Origin: a virus
Lineage: Duplodnaviria > Caudoviricetes
Strand: one strand, 5' to 3'
DNA: 51,167 nt
IMG/VR virus record: IMGVR_UViG_3300048838_000881
Span: 1-51,167 of that record
This document shows, in pieces, positions 17,976-27,720 of this stretch. Positions within the stretch are counted from its first letter, which is position 1; the number at the start of each line of letters is the position of its first letter. The position numbers were made by a program, and so were the translations under genes. The notes under the pieces are model-generated. The model made no database searches and had not been told where the DNA came from. It saw only the letters and a program-made list of their open reading frames with translations.

Positions 17976-18094
17976 ATCGACTCCCATAGCTTCGCTAGAC
18001 CGTTAACAAGCATCGTAGCTGCTACAATAAAAATGCCCACGAATATGATGAACGGCATGAGTGCAAGAACGATTAAAAAACGAATAAGCTTCAT
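17972..18094 (-). CDS. 40-aa membrane peptide (not in the ORF track)
   Basis: MKLIRFLIVLALMPFIIFVGIFIVAATMLVNGLAKLWESI; SD GAGGG; its stop overlaps the next ATG. Confidence 0.55.
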   Translation of the reverse strand: MKLIRFLIVLALMPFIIFVGIFIVAATMLVNGLAKLWESI

Positions 18095-18107
18095 ATCTAA
18101 TACACCC

Positions 18108-18356
18108 TCAATTCAACTGTTTTGCCTGCGCTTCAAGCGGCAAAAACGTCTCAATTGCTTTTTTAAGCTCGCTCGTTATCTCGCGCGCATAATTCACCAG
18201 GCTGGGGCTTACGGCGATTATCTCGCGCATTTCTCGCTCAAGCTGCGCCCGATCAGCTTCAAGCTCTTTAATCACTTCGATCAAATAACGCGTGCGATTG
18301 CTCGACGACTCTTCTCTGATCTTGTTTATCTTCTCCCAATCTACTTTAACCGCCAT
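18108..18356 (-). CDS. Hypothetical coiled-coil protein
   Basis: SD AGGAG. Confidence 0.65.
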   Translation of the reverse strand: MAVKVDWEKINKIREESSSNRTRYLIEVIKELEADRAQLEREMREIIAVSPSLVNYAREITSELKKAIETFLPLEAQAKQLN

Positions 18357-18519
18357 GCTCGTCGTTCTCCTGTGCTATGCAGAGAGCCCGTATCGTGGGC
18401 CAGCCGGGTTTTCCGTCACGTTTCCTGTGTCCAGCGCCTCTAGTGTTTTTGTCGTTTCAATCCTGGGTCTACACATGCCGGCTTTCTAGGCGACGCCGAC
18501 CAAGCGCCGCGCGGCAACT

Positions 18520-18729
18520 CTAATCTTTTAAACGAAGCACGACGAGACTTGCCCACAAGCGCGTAAGAAAAATCTTTTGCTGCACGGCGAACACGTAGCT
18601 GCCGTCAAGCTGCTCGCGGCGCACGACGAGCCGAAGCCCGCCGGGCAAGGGGCGTATAAATGCCTCCGTCTGCCGCATCGCCGCTAGATCAACCTCGCCA
18701 AATTCATCCTCGAAGCCTAGAATCTTCAT
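18520..18729 (-). CDS. Hypothetical protein
   Basis: ATGA-coupled ORF. Confidence 0.55.
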   Translation of the reverse strand: MKILGFEDEFGEVDLAAMRQTEAFIRPLPGGLRLVVRREQLDGSYVFAVQQKIFLTRLWASLVVLRLKD

Positions 18730-18932
18730 GACGCCAGCGACCTTTCTAGCGAGCGAAAATGCTTATCTAATAGCTCGTTAAACTGATGCAGCGCCACGAC
18801 GGGGCGATCTTGCAGCCGTGCAAGCGACGCGACTACGAGGCTCGCGGCGTAGATAAATTCGCCGGCCCCATATTTATCGACCATAACCTCGGCAATGCTC
18901 ATTAGCTCCTCGACGCATTTATCGTTATTCAT
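18726..18932 (-). CDS. Hypothetical protein
   Basis: ORF in the array. Confidence 0.6.
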   Translation of the reverse strand: MNNDKCVEELMSIAEVMVDKYGAGEFIYAASLVVASLARLQDRPVVALHQFNELLDKHFRSLERSLAS

Positions 18933-18980
18933 ACGGCCCGCCTTTCTTACATTTTAGGTTCGAGCCTTTATTATACCCGC

Positions 18981-19241
18981 CTATCGCTTGCCGCGCTTCG
19001 CTGGCGGATCCGGCGCCGTGCTGAAGCTAAAGCTAAGACACTCCGAGACGGTTGCTTGCGGGTAGCGCGGCTTGCAGACCAGATAGACTTGAATCGCTCC
19101 GACAACGCCAGCGCCGAGCAAGAACGTGATGATAAAGCCGAAAAGCAAAAGCACGTCGCGCCACGCGTCGCGGCGCCGCCCGGCAATGCGCCAAGCGAAA
19201 AGCGTCTCTAGGTCTTCGTCGTCTTCGTTTCGCCGTGCCAT
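18981..19241 (-). CDS. Single-TM membrane protein
   Basis: VLLLFGFIITFLLGAGVVGAI followed by two Cys. Confidence 0.6.
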   Translation of the reverse strand: MARRNEDDEDLETLFAWRIAGRRRDAWRDVLLLFGFIITFLLGAGVVGAIQVYLVCKPRYPQATVSECLSFSFSTAPDPPAKRGKR

Positions 19242-19244
19242 GCG

Positions 19245-19541
19245 CTAGTTCACCGGGCCTTTATCGTAGCTAAATTTTATGCGCGTGGGGCCGGGGCGCT
19301 CGTTAGTTTCAAAAAACTCGATCGTAAGATCATTAGCCTGGCCATATAATTGCGCAAAATAATCCGTGAACGCGCGAAAGCCGGCTATCTCATCGTCAGC
19401 CGTATTGCTTACGACGTAAGCCGCGACGCTTGCGAGCGTAAGATAAGCTTCGTCCGTGCTCGCCGCTTCGTCGTGAAATATATCTAGGATTTGTTTCGTC
19501 ATGCGCGTGCCCATGCGCGAGATCTTGCTTTTATCTACCAT
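19245..19541 (-). CDS. Hypothetical protein, first gene of the leftward array
   Basis: ATG 19541 with SD AGGAG. Confidence 0.6.
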   Translation of the reverse strand: MVDKSKISRMGTRMTKQILDIFHDEAASTDEAYLTLASVAAYVVSNTADDEIAGFRAFTDYFAQLYGQANDLTIEFFETNERPGPTRIKFSYDKGPVN

Positions 19542-19819
19542 CAAATAACTCCTGCGCGAAAAAGCGTAGACTGCTTTATAAAAAGAAGAATAAGACGAGA
19601 AGTATCGCGCCTTCTGCCGTATTGCAAGCATTTTTTGATTTCTGGAATAATTATTTTTTATTTGTCAAGCGTCGCCGCGCGGGGCAATTCAAAATATTAA
19701 TGGTTTCAAGAATCTAGCTAAAGCCTATTGCTAGGCCCGCGAAAATAAGATTAAGCTAACCCTTCCATCCAAAAATGAACACCGCATAAATGCATGCATC
19801 CGTATGAAAGGGTACCACT

Positions 19820-19921
19820 ATGCTAGCTATCAATAATCAAGCGCGCGAAAAAAAGAAGCCGCGCTTGTCCGTTAGAAAAACAAACGCGGCCCCGCAAACT
19901 CTAAGAAAGGTTAAAGCATGA
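19820..19921 (+). CDS. 33-aa basic leader ORF coupled to the primase
   Basis: MLAINNQAREKKKPRLSVRKTNAAPQTLRKVKA; ATGA overlap with 19918. Confidence 0.35.
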   Translation: MLAINNQAREKKKPRLSVRKTNAAPQTLRKVKA

Positions 19922-22284
19922 TTCAGATTATAAAGCTACGAACAATGATTAAAAACGGCGAAGAGATAAAATACGACGCTATCCTCGACCCCGAGCTGCG
20001 CGTCGCTAGCGTGCAAAATCTTTTCGTCGACCTCGACGCGTATCTTAAACGCATCCCCGCCGCCGAACGCTGGAACCTTTTTTATACGCTGGCGAATTGT
20101 ACGGGAAACGACAAAGAAAGCAAGCGCCAATTTAGCTCGCAAAGCATGCTCGCGTTCGACATCGACGCAACAAACGGAGCCGATCCCCAGCGCTATCTTG
20201 ACGTCGTTTCGCGCGTTCTCGGCATACCGCGCGAAGCGCCCGCGCTGATAGCATCTGGCCACGGCGTGCACGTCGTCGTCGCCATGCGCGACCTCGTGCG
20301 ATCAACGCGCTGGTTTCGCGACATGAAACCCCACTACGTTGCCGTCTGTGAGAAGATAAACGCGGCGCTAAGCGCCGAAGCGCTGCCGGGCGCATGCGAC
20401 CCCTCAATCTTCGAGCCGCGTCGAATCCTGAGGCTTCCAGGCACGGAGAATCGAAAACCAGGTAAACCGGCCACGATGGCAGCTCTTTTGAAAGCCGACA
20501 CCACGCCCGTAGCGATTGATCTTGAAGCGCTTAGCGGACTGCCGAAGCTCGGCAAAGACGAAGCCGTCGGCCTTCGCCACGTCGCGAAACTCCCGAAACC
20601 CGACGAAGCTGCGATCATGGCCGGCTGCGAATTTCTAAAGCACGCCGCCGCAGCGCCGGAGACGCTCAGCGAGCCCCAGTGGTACGCCGCGCTCTCGATC
20701 GTCGGGCGTTTTCAAGACGAGCACAAAACGGCGCATGAAATATCGCGCGGCCATCCCGGCTATTCGCACGCGGCGACCGAGCGAAAAATCCAGCAAGCCG
20801 TCGAGGTTAGCGGCCCGCGCATGTGCTCAAGCATCGCCGCTATCTGGTCCGGCTGCTCCACGTGCCCGCATTTTGAGAAAGTTAAAAGCCCGATCATGAT
20901 CATGGCCGAAGGCAAGATCGCGTCGCAAGCCTCCGGTTTTTATAAGATTACGTGGCGGGGCGACGCCCCCCGCTATGAGCCCGACTATGACGGCCTCGTG
21001 CAATATTTTGATAATGAATACAAATATTTAGGCTACGGCGATAGTCGCAAGGTCTACACCTGGGACGGACACCGCTACGAACCGCGCTCGCCAGTCTGGC
21101 TCGAAGAATACGCGCTCACGCATTTTAACCCCACGCCAAAAACGGACATCGCCAAAGAATTTCGCGCGCGCATATCGAGCACGAAGCTGCGACCGACCGA
21201 CTGGTGGGACGCGTCGACCGCCGGGCTCATAAATTTCCGAAACGGCGTGCTCGACGTTGAGACGGGCAATTTCATGCCGCCAGCGCCCGATTGGGGCTTT
21301 CGCTATACGCTGCCCTTCGATTACGACGAGACGGCAACGTCGCCCCTTTACGACGGCCTAATGCAGCGCGTCACCAGGGGGGACGCCGAGCTAGAAGCCA
21401 TTCTCGACGAGTTTGCAGGCTACGCGCTCTCCGGCGCGCCGTATCACTACCCGAAGGCCCTTATCCTCGTCGGCGACGGGAGCAACGGCAAATCGACGTT
21501 CGTGAATATCCTGACGGCCCTTATCGGCGAGGACCATATCGCCGCCGTCGAGCTTTACGACATGCAGCGCGACCCCTACAAGCTAGCGACCCTCTCGGGC
21601 AAGCTCGTGAATATCTCGGAGGAGACGAGCCGCAAAGCGTTCACCGATTCGGGGCTTATCAAGAAGCTCGTCTCGACCATGACGCACCAAGCGCGCGAGC
21701 CCTACGGGGCGCCCTTTTATTTCAAGAATATCGCAAAGATTATAGCTACATGTAACCGGCTGCCGGAGAACTATGATTCCTCGCACGGGCTCTTTCGGCG
21801 GCTGCTTATCGTGCCGTTTAACGCGAAATTCTCCAGGGGCGACGAGGGGTTCGACCCGTTTCTTGAGAAAAAGATTATCGCAAGCGAACTACCTGGGGTC
21901 TTCAATCGCTGCCTCGCAGGCTATAAGCGCCTGGTTCGCCAGGGGGATTTCACCCATTCCGACGCGAGCCGCGAGACGAGCGCATCGTACATGGAGCTAG
22001 CGAAAAACTCGACGATCACGTGGGCCGAGGAGAATTTAGAGTTCGATGCGAAGCGCTTTGCGAACGGCGACGGCGAAAAGGTTATGGAAATGTACGAGCT
22101 TTATAAGCAAGACGCCGAGGCTCGGGGCGAGCAGATTCATAGCTTCAAGAAGTTTTCGCTACAGATTAGAGAGCTATTTCGGCATGCCAATGTGTATCTA
22201 CGTCGAATTCATACCGGCGAAACGACCATGTCGAATGTCCTTGTTGGCATACGCAAAATAACAGGGGACAGTAAGCCAGTTTGA
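19918..22284 (+). CDS. Primase-helicase (AEP-type primase, Cys-rich accessory domain, D5/P4-like SF3 helicase)
   Basis: FDID...SGHGVH...RILRLPGTENRK; GPRMC..W.GC..CPH; Walker A GDGSNGKST; CNRLP; RRLLIVPF. Confidence 0.93.
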   Translation: MIQIIKLRTMIKNGEEIKYDAILDPELRVASVQNLFVDLDAYLKRIPAAERWNLFYTLANCTGNDKESKRQFSSQSMLAFDIDATNGADPQRYLDVVSRVLGIPREAPALIASGHGVHVVVAMRDLVRSTRWFRDMKPHYVAVCEKINAALSAEALPGACDPSIFEPRRILRLPGTENRKPGKPATMAALLKADTTPVAIDLEALSGLPKLGKDEAVGLRHVAKLPKPDEAAIMAGCEFLKHAAAAPETLSEPQWYAALSIVGRFQDEHKTAHEISRGHPGYSHAATERKIQQAVEVSGPRMCSSIAAIWSGCSTCPHFEKVKSPIMIMAEGKIASQASGFYKITWRGDAPRYEPDYDGLVQYFDNEYKYLGYGDSRKVYTWDGHRYEPRSPVWLEEYALTHFNPTPKTDIAKEFRARISSTKLRPTDWWDASTAGLINFRNGVLDVETGNFMPPAPDWGFRYTLPFDYDETATSPLYDGLMQRVTRGDAELEAILDEFAGYALSGAPYHYPKALILVGDGSNGKSTFVNILTALIGEDHIAAVELYDMQRDPYKLATLSGKLVNISEETSRKAFTDSGLIKKLVSTMTHQAREPYGAPFYFKNIAKIIATCNRLPENYDSSHGLFRRLLIVPFNAKFSRGDEGFDPFLEKKIIASELPGVFNRCLAGYKRLVRQGDFTHSDASRETSASYMELAKNSTITWAEENLEFDAKRFANGDGEKVMEMYELYKQDAEARGEQIHSFKKFSLQIRELFRHANVYLRRIHTGETTMSNVLVGIRKITGDSKPV

Positions 22285-22289
22285 TCTTC

Positions 22290-22580
22290 TGTGCAGGGTT
22301 GTGCTGGATTGTGCAGGGTTGTGCAGGGTTGGAAAACCGAACTTTCTCTTTTAATTTCCAGGGGATGTGCAGGGTGTGCAGGGTTATAGTCTTTCTATAT
22401 AAGAAAGTATAGAATATATAATCTGCAACCCCCCCTATATTGGCATAGCAGCTATGCCACTTTAGGGGGGTTTGTTGAGTTACTTTTTCTAGCTCCTTCC
22501 TAAGGCCTAACCCTGCACACCCTGCACACCCGCACAACACCCTGTAATCATTAGGGTTGCAAAAAAACAACCCTGCACAT
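22290..22580. repeat. Putative replication origin: converging GTGCAGGGT(T) iterons around an AT-rich core and central hairpin
   Basis: Tandem 10-mers at 22291-22330 and 22366-22385; inverted copies at 22509-22528 and 22569-22579; directly after the primase-helicase. Confidence 0.8.
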
Positions 22581-22796
22581 AGAAATAACGCTTTGCAAAT
22601 CTAAAAATCTGTGAACGAGATTTTCATGGTTTTCGCGGCGAGCGTGAAAATCGTTTTTGATAGCGATCAATATGTGCTCAAAAAAGATCTTAAATGTGCT
22701 CAGCGTATTCGCGAAGGCTCCGAGATTTCTACTTGTGCAATGTTCGACAAAATGAGAAGCTGCCAATAGAATACCTGGCGAAAGGGGCGTACACCG

Positions 22797-23198
22797 ATGC
22801 TGGTGCAAGACACAATGACCCATACCGATATGACGGCGATGCTAAAAACGGCGCTCGTAGCGTGGGCTTCTAAATCACGCGGCTACGGCCCGTTATTCGC
22901 GAAGCTAAGCGCTGGGGCTCACGAGATCATGGCGCGCGCTCTAAGCGAAATGCGCGTGCTTAAGCCGGGCATGTTTGATTGGTGGTGGGCGAACGAGCAT
23001 ATGCGCTTCGCCGGTACGTGCTCGCAGCGCGAGCTAACCCTGGTGCATGAGATTATGTATTATTTTTTGACGGACCTAGCGAGGGGACGACTTGAAGCAA
23101 AAGAAGACGCCGATAAAGCAGGAAAAGCGGATGGCATTTCGGGGAAGCCAAAAACTTCAGACGGACATAAGGCTAGCAGCAAAAAGTCTCGGTCTTAG
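22797..23198 (+). CDS. Hypothetical protein
   Basis: ORF upstream of the packaging genes. Confidence 0.55.
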   Translation: MLVQDTMTHTDMTAMLKTALVAWASKSRGYGPLFAKLSAGAHEIMARALSEMRVLKPGMFDWWWANEHMRFAGTCSQRELTLVHEIMYYFLTDLARGRLEAKEDADKAGKADGISGKPKTSDGHKASSKKSRS

Positions 23199-23268
23199 TT
23201 CGAGCGAGTTTCTGCGCAACGCTGCGAATCTTGCCGTCAAGAAAATAGATCGACTGTTTGGAGAATAA
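23092..23268 (+). CDS. Ribbon-helix-helix regulator (58 aa, not in the ORF track)
   Basis: TTG start with SD GAGGGG; RMAFRGSQKLQTDIRLAAKSLGLSSSEFLRNAA. Confidence 0.6.
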   Translation: MKQKKTPIKQEKRMAFRGSQKLQTDIRLAAKSLGLSSSEFLRNAANLAVKKIDRLFGE

Positions 23269-23430
23269 ATGAACTACGTTGCCGTCTATTGCATTCTAAG
23301 TCTCATGCTTTTTTCGGTAGCAATTTTTAAGCTTCAGTATTCGCCCTGGTTTTTTCTGCTCATGATCACGCTCGATATTTTTTTCTTAAGCTATATGCGC
23401 GTGCAGCAAAAAACGATACTGCGGGAATAA
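23269..23430 (+). CDS. 53-aa two-TM membrane protein (not in the ORF track)
   Basis: MNYVAVYCILSLMLFSVAIFKLQYSPWFFLLMITLDIFFLSY; SD GGAG. Confidence 0.5.
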   Translation: MNYVAVYCILSLMLFSVAIFKLQYSPWFFLLMITLDIFFLSYMRVQQKTILRE

Positions 23431-23436
23431 TGATAT

Positions 23437-23982
23437 ATGGCAAGCACAACACGCCGAAGAGCAACGAAAACAGCGACGGCGCCTGCGAAAAAGCGCGGCG
23501 CGGGAAGGCCGCCGGAATCAGCGCGCACGCTAAGTGAAGAAGAAATTAAGCAGGCCGCGAACCTCGCTGGCGTCGGATGTAGTCTTGATCAGATAGCAAA
23601 AATTCTGAGTATCGACCCTCGCACATTTGATAGAATACTCGATAAAAACCCTCATATAAATGACGCTATATCAAAAGGCCGCGAGCTTGCAGCGGGCAGT
23701 GTTATGGGCAAAGCTTATAACATGGCGATCTCCGGCGAGCACCCGGCAATGACTATTTTTTGGCTTAAAACACGCTGCCGCTGGAAGGAACCGCGCGACG
23801 AGAACGAGGGAATTTCGGTTCATAATATTCAAGTTACGCAACCCGCGATTGCCGCCGGTGCATCGTCCGGGCCTACGTATGTAGTAGAATTAAACGATAG
23901 CGGCAAGTTTAGAACCGCGCGCCCGCGTGAAGCTTCGAAATCATCCCCCCTGGTGATCGACGCGACGGCAAGCGATGAATGA
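23437..23982 (+). CDS. terS: Terminase small subunit
   Basis: GRPP, HTH-like segment and AMTIFWLKTR..W; directly upstream of TerL. Confidence 0.85.
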   Translation: MASTTRRRATKTATAPAKKRGAGRPPESARTLSEEEIKQAANLAGVGCSLDQIAKILSIDPRTFDRILDKNPHINDAISKGRELAAGSVMGKAYNMAISGEHPAMTIFWLKTRCRWKEPRDENEGISVHNIQVTQPAIAAGASSGPTYVVELNDSGKFRTARPREASKSSPLVIDATASDE

Positions 23983-25397
23983 CACTTCTAACGCTACGGC
24001 TTCCTAGCCCTTACGAAGCTCAACGACCTTTTGTTTATTGGAATGAAGACAATCCGCAAGCGCAGGTGCTCGTCGCACCGTGTGCCGTGAAAGTCGGCAA
24101 GTCGTTGGGTTCAGCTATTTGGCTCGTAAAAGAAATGCTGGTGAACGACGGGAGCTACGGCGTGTGGATTGCGCCGACGTATCTGAAAGCAAAGATCGGG
24201 TATCGTTACTGTAAAGCGCTACTGCCCGATCATGAGAGTATTAAGTGTTTAGATGGGCTCCTAGAGATTCGCTTCGGCAATCGAAGCTACCTTAAATTCT
24301 TGCACGGTAAAGACGCTGAGACAACGGTCGAGGGCGAAGCCGTCGATCGCTTCGTGATTGACGAGAGTGGCAAGATTACGAAGCAGGTCTGGTACTCGCT
24401 GTTCACAACCATTACGCAAACGATGGGCCTCGGCATCATTACCGGCACGCCGCGTGGTTTCACCTGGTACTACGACCAGTATCGCAAAGCAAAAGCTGGC
24501 GATCCGTTCTACGTGTATACGAGCATCATGACCGAGCAAAGCCCGTTCGTGAATCCGAAGGCGATTGCGCAAGCTAAGCGCCTCTTGCCGAAAGCTTTAT
24601 TCGATCAATATTATCGTGCGATGTTCGTGAGCCTTTCGAGCGTCTTCGGCGACATCGGGTCGATGTTCGATGACGCGATAAAGGTCGAGCCCGGCGCCAA
24701 GTTCTGGGTGCACCCCGACGAAGCCGCGCGCACGCTTGAAACCGTCACCGGCTGGGACGTCGCCAAGCAGCGCGACTATTCGGTGTTCTACACCGTGAAC
24801 CTCCACGGCCAGCTCGTCGGCTATGCGCGCTTTACGCGCGTACCGTATGAAGCGCAGGTCGATCGGCTCAAAAATTATTTGCATCGCTATATGAAGGGCG
24901 AGCGCTATCTGCGCTACGATGCTACGGGCGTCGGCGGGGCCGTCGGCGAGATGCTCGTCGATAAGGATATCGACGCCACGATCACGCCTGTGATATTCTC
25001 GCAAAGGTCTAAGCAAGAAATGGTATCGCGCACGAGCGTGGCAATCGAAGCCGGATGGCATCGCGTGCCGCGCATCGAGCAGATCGAGCACGAGTTCGGC
25101 AGCTACGAGCTGACGGTCACGCGTTCGGGGCTCTTTAGTTATTCGGCTCCCGACGGCGAGCATGACGACGTGGTGAGCGCTGCCCTTTTGGCCATAAGCG
25201 GGGCACATAGTCTCAGCCAAACTGACGGCGCGGAAGATTTAGCTAATCGCTACTTGAGCGGCGAGCTTCCGGAAGAAGACGACGCCGACATCATGACGGA
25301 AGCCGCGAGCGAATTTGCAAGTGACCCTTTCTTTGACGACGGCGACGACGAGGACGGCTCGGAGCAAGACGACGAATTTGATTACCTAGAGGATTGA
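23979..25397 (+). CDS. terL: Terminase large subunit
   Basis: VKVGKS (Walker A variant), FVIDES, TGTP, GWDVAKQRDYS, YDATGVG and HDDVV motifs. Confidence 0.95.
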   Translation: MTLLTLRLPSPYEAQRPFVYWNEDNPQAQVLVAPCAVKVGKSLGSAIWLVKEMLVNDGSYGVWIAPTYLKAKIGYRYCKALLPDHESIKCLDGLLEIRFGNRSYLKFLHGKDAETTVEGEAVDRFVIDESGKITKQVWYSLFTTITQTMGLGIITGTPRGFTWYYDQYRKAKAGDPFYVYTSIMTEQSPFVNPKAIAQAKRLLPKALFDQYYRAMFVSLSSVFGDIGSMFDDAIKVEPGAKFWVHPDEAARTLETVTGWDVAKQRDYSVFYTVNLHGQLVGYARFTRVPYEAQVDRLKNYLHRYMKGERYLRYDATGVGGAVGEMLVDKDIDATITPVIFSQRSKQEMVSRTSVAIEAGWHRVPRIEQIEHEFGSYELTVTRSGLFSYSAPDGEHDDVVSAALLAISGAHSLSQTDGAEDLANRYLSGELPEEDDADIMTEAASEFASDPFFDDGDDEDGSEQDDEFDYLED

Positions 25398-25403
25398 TGC
25401 ATC

Positions 25404-27680
25404 ATGGGGCTTTTCACTAGAAAAAAAGAGACACCGTTAGAACTTCCGAACCCCACGCCGCAAGAGCTTCTAAGCATGGCCGAAGCGCTCATGGCGGGTG
25501 GCTTACCGCGAGCAATCGAAAGCTCAATCCAAAAGCAAATAGATGCGAGCCAATATTATCAAGCTTATGAATCCATGGACGACCAGGGCAATTATTTTGG
25601 CTCCGAGTTTAATATCCGTGCTACGGCAGGGCGCATCAAGGGCACCTATACGCGCGAACCGTGGATATTTACGGCAGCGACGCTTATCGCTAAGAGCATG
25701 GCGACCGTTCCGTTTAAGCTTCTAAACACGCAGACGAACGAATATGAGACTGAGCACGTGCTCTTAAAGAAAGTTGAGCTTGGCAACCCGCTTGAAGATG
25801 CATACACGCTCAAGTGGAAAGGCTATCTCGATCTGGTGCTTGGCGGCAATTTTTTCCGTGCCTATGACGCAGCCTATAGCCAATCGGTGCATATACCCGT
25901 CGAGAACGTGAGTCTTAAGCTTGATGCACAGAAACGATATATTGAATCCGTTATCATCTATGACACGCAGCGCCCCGGCAACACGTCGACGGTAATCCCA
26001 TATAAGCAAGTCGTGCATTTTAAATACCCAAATCCGTTTAACGTTTACTACGGCCTAAGTCTTTTCGTAGCAGCGTCGCGCCCGCTTCTCTTAGATCGCT
26101 ATAAGAACGAATTTGAGATGGCTTTTTATCTGCGTGGCGCTACGAATAGCGGCGTTATTGAAACGACGGACGACATTAATAAGACGCGCATGGAGCGCCT
26201 TATGCGCACGTTCGAGGCCGTCTACACGGGCAAGCGCAACTGGTGGCGCACGATCTTTTTGCCGAAGGGTGCAAGCTGGAAATCAAGCGGTCTTAGCATG
26301 ACGGAAATGCAGCACCTTGAGGGTCTTCGCGAGAATCGGTTAACGATATTAGCTGTGCTCGGCATTCCGCCAAGCAAGGTCGGCATCGTGCAAGACGTCA
26401 ATAGATCGACGTCCGAGGACCAAGATAAAACGTTCTGGACGAATACGATTCAACCGCTTTGCGACTTCATTGCATCGGGCTGGAATAATTCGCATCTATT
26501 TCGCGTGGTTTATGGCGGAAAATATAAGCTTGAGCCAGATTATTCAGGAATTGAAGCGCTGCAGGGCAGTCTTCGCTCGAAGGGCGAGCAAGCGAAAGCC
26601 GTAGAGAGTTATCTTTTAATCGACGAAATCCGAGAAGACATTCTCGGCTATGATCCGTTGCCAGACGGGCGCGGCCAGTTTTTCGTTTCCGAGATAAAGC
26701 CTGCTGTCGAGCCGGGGGCAGATTTATTTGCGAACCTATCGACCGAGACAGTGACCGAAGCGGACCCCGTGCAAGAGATCGCAGCGTCGACGGACGTGCT
26801 TCTTTCTGATATCCCGGCAATAAAGTCGCAGGCAATTTTATCCCAGGAACGGATTGAGACGCGGCTAACGGATGATTATAAGCGCGGATACGATAATTAT
26901 CTCGACGCGCTTCTAAAATATGCAGCTTATGCGCTTACGAATCAGTTAGACGTAAAGCAATATATTCGCAGCAAAGAGCGCGACCTTGCGAAGATCTATA
27001 TTGACGAGGTAGGTGATACGCTTATAAAGGCGCTCGATCGTGGTGTGAGCTTTGCCATGGCGCAGTCGAAAGCAAGCTACGCGGCGCGCCGCGCGTTGAG
27101 CGGTACCGTACATAAGCAGCTAAAATTTTCAGCTACCGACCAGCAAGCGCTCGACGCACTTCGCGAAGAAACGGAAGACGGTCAGCGTCGGACGCTAACC
27201 GAGCGAGCGATTACGAACTTTCTAGGCTTTAACCAGACGCGAAGCGCCGAGGTTCTTGATCTTATAGCCGACGGCCTTGAAGACGGACGGACCCTGGCGC
27301 AGGTGGCCTCCGAAATTCGTCAGACCTACGGCGAAGCATATAAAGACCAAGCGTTCACGGTGGCGCGCACCGAGCTTTTAAGCGCCGTGAGCCAGGGCAT
27401 CAAGTGGAACCATGATCTTCTCGCCGAGGTTTTTTCGGACGTTAAAAAGCAGTGGATCCACGTCGGCGACGTAGGCTCGAACCCTGACGCACGCGAAGAG
27501 CATGCCGGTTTCGAGTCGCTTGGTCCGGTCGATAAGGATTATATCTACGGCGGCGAGCTAGAATATCCTCGTGACCCGCGCGCCTCGGCTGGGTCAGTTA
27601 TCAACTGTCGCTGTAGTCTTGTAAGCGTCGTGCCCGACGATGCGACGAGCAACGCAGAAGTGATACTAGACAGGCTCTAA
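25404..27680 (+). CDS. HK97-type portal protein fused to a Mu gpF/SPP1 gp7-like minor head domain
   Basis: Portal VVHFK.PNP...YGLS and GIPPSKVG; C-terminal VARTE...KKQW...R.EH...YPRDP...INCRC. Confidence 0.9.
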   Translation: MGLFTRKKETPLELPNPTPQELLSMAEALMAGGLPRAIESSIQKQIDASQYYQAYESMDDQGNYFGSEFNIRATAGRIKGTYTREPWIFTAATLIAKSMATVPFKLLNTQTNEYETEHVLLKKVELGNPLEDAYTLKWKGYLDLVLGGNFFRAYDAAYSQSVHIPVENVSLKLDAQKRYIESVIIYDTQRPGNTSTVIPYKQVVHFKYPNPFNVYYGLSLFVAASRPLLLDRYKNEFEMAFYLRGATNSGVIETTDDINKTRMERLMRTFEAVYTGKRNWWRTIFLPKGASWKSSGLSMTEMQHLEGLRENRLTILAVLGIPPSKVGIVQDVNRSTSEDQDKTFWTNTIQPLCDFIASGWNNSHLFRVVYGGKYKLEPDYSGIEALQGSLRSKGEQAKAVESYLLIDEIREDILGYDPLPDGRGQFFVSEIKPAVEPGADLFANLSTETVTEADPVQEIAASTDVLLSDIPAIKSQAILSQERIETRLTDDYKRGYDNYLDALLKYAAYALTNQLDVKQYIRSKERDLAKIYIDEVGDTLIKALDRGVSFAMAQSKASYAARRALSGTVHKQLKFSATDQQALDALREETEDGQRRTLTERAITNFLGFNQTRSAEVLDLIADGLEDGRTLAQVASEIRQTYGEAYKDQAFTVARTELLSAVSQGIKWNHDLLAEVFSDVKKQWIHVGDVGSNPDAREEHAGFESLGPVDKDYIYGGELEYPRDPRASAGSVINCRCSLVSVVPDDATSNAEVILDRL

Positions 27681-27720
27681 GTTTCCTGCTTATAATTCAT
27701 TATCTATAAAAGGCAAATAA

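Noticed and set aside
22290-22580. Repeats as a mini-CRISPR, or ORFs 22166..22570 and 22551..22823
   Set aside because: Units are 9-10 bp, tandem or inverted, with no spacers. The ORFs are low-complexity translations of the origin.
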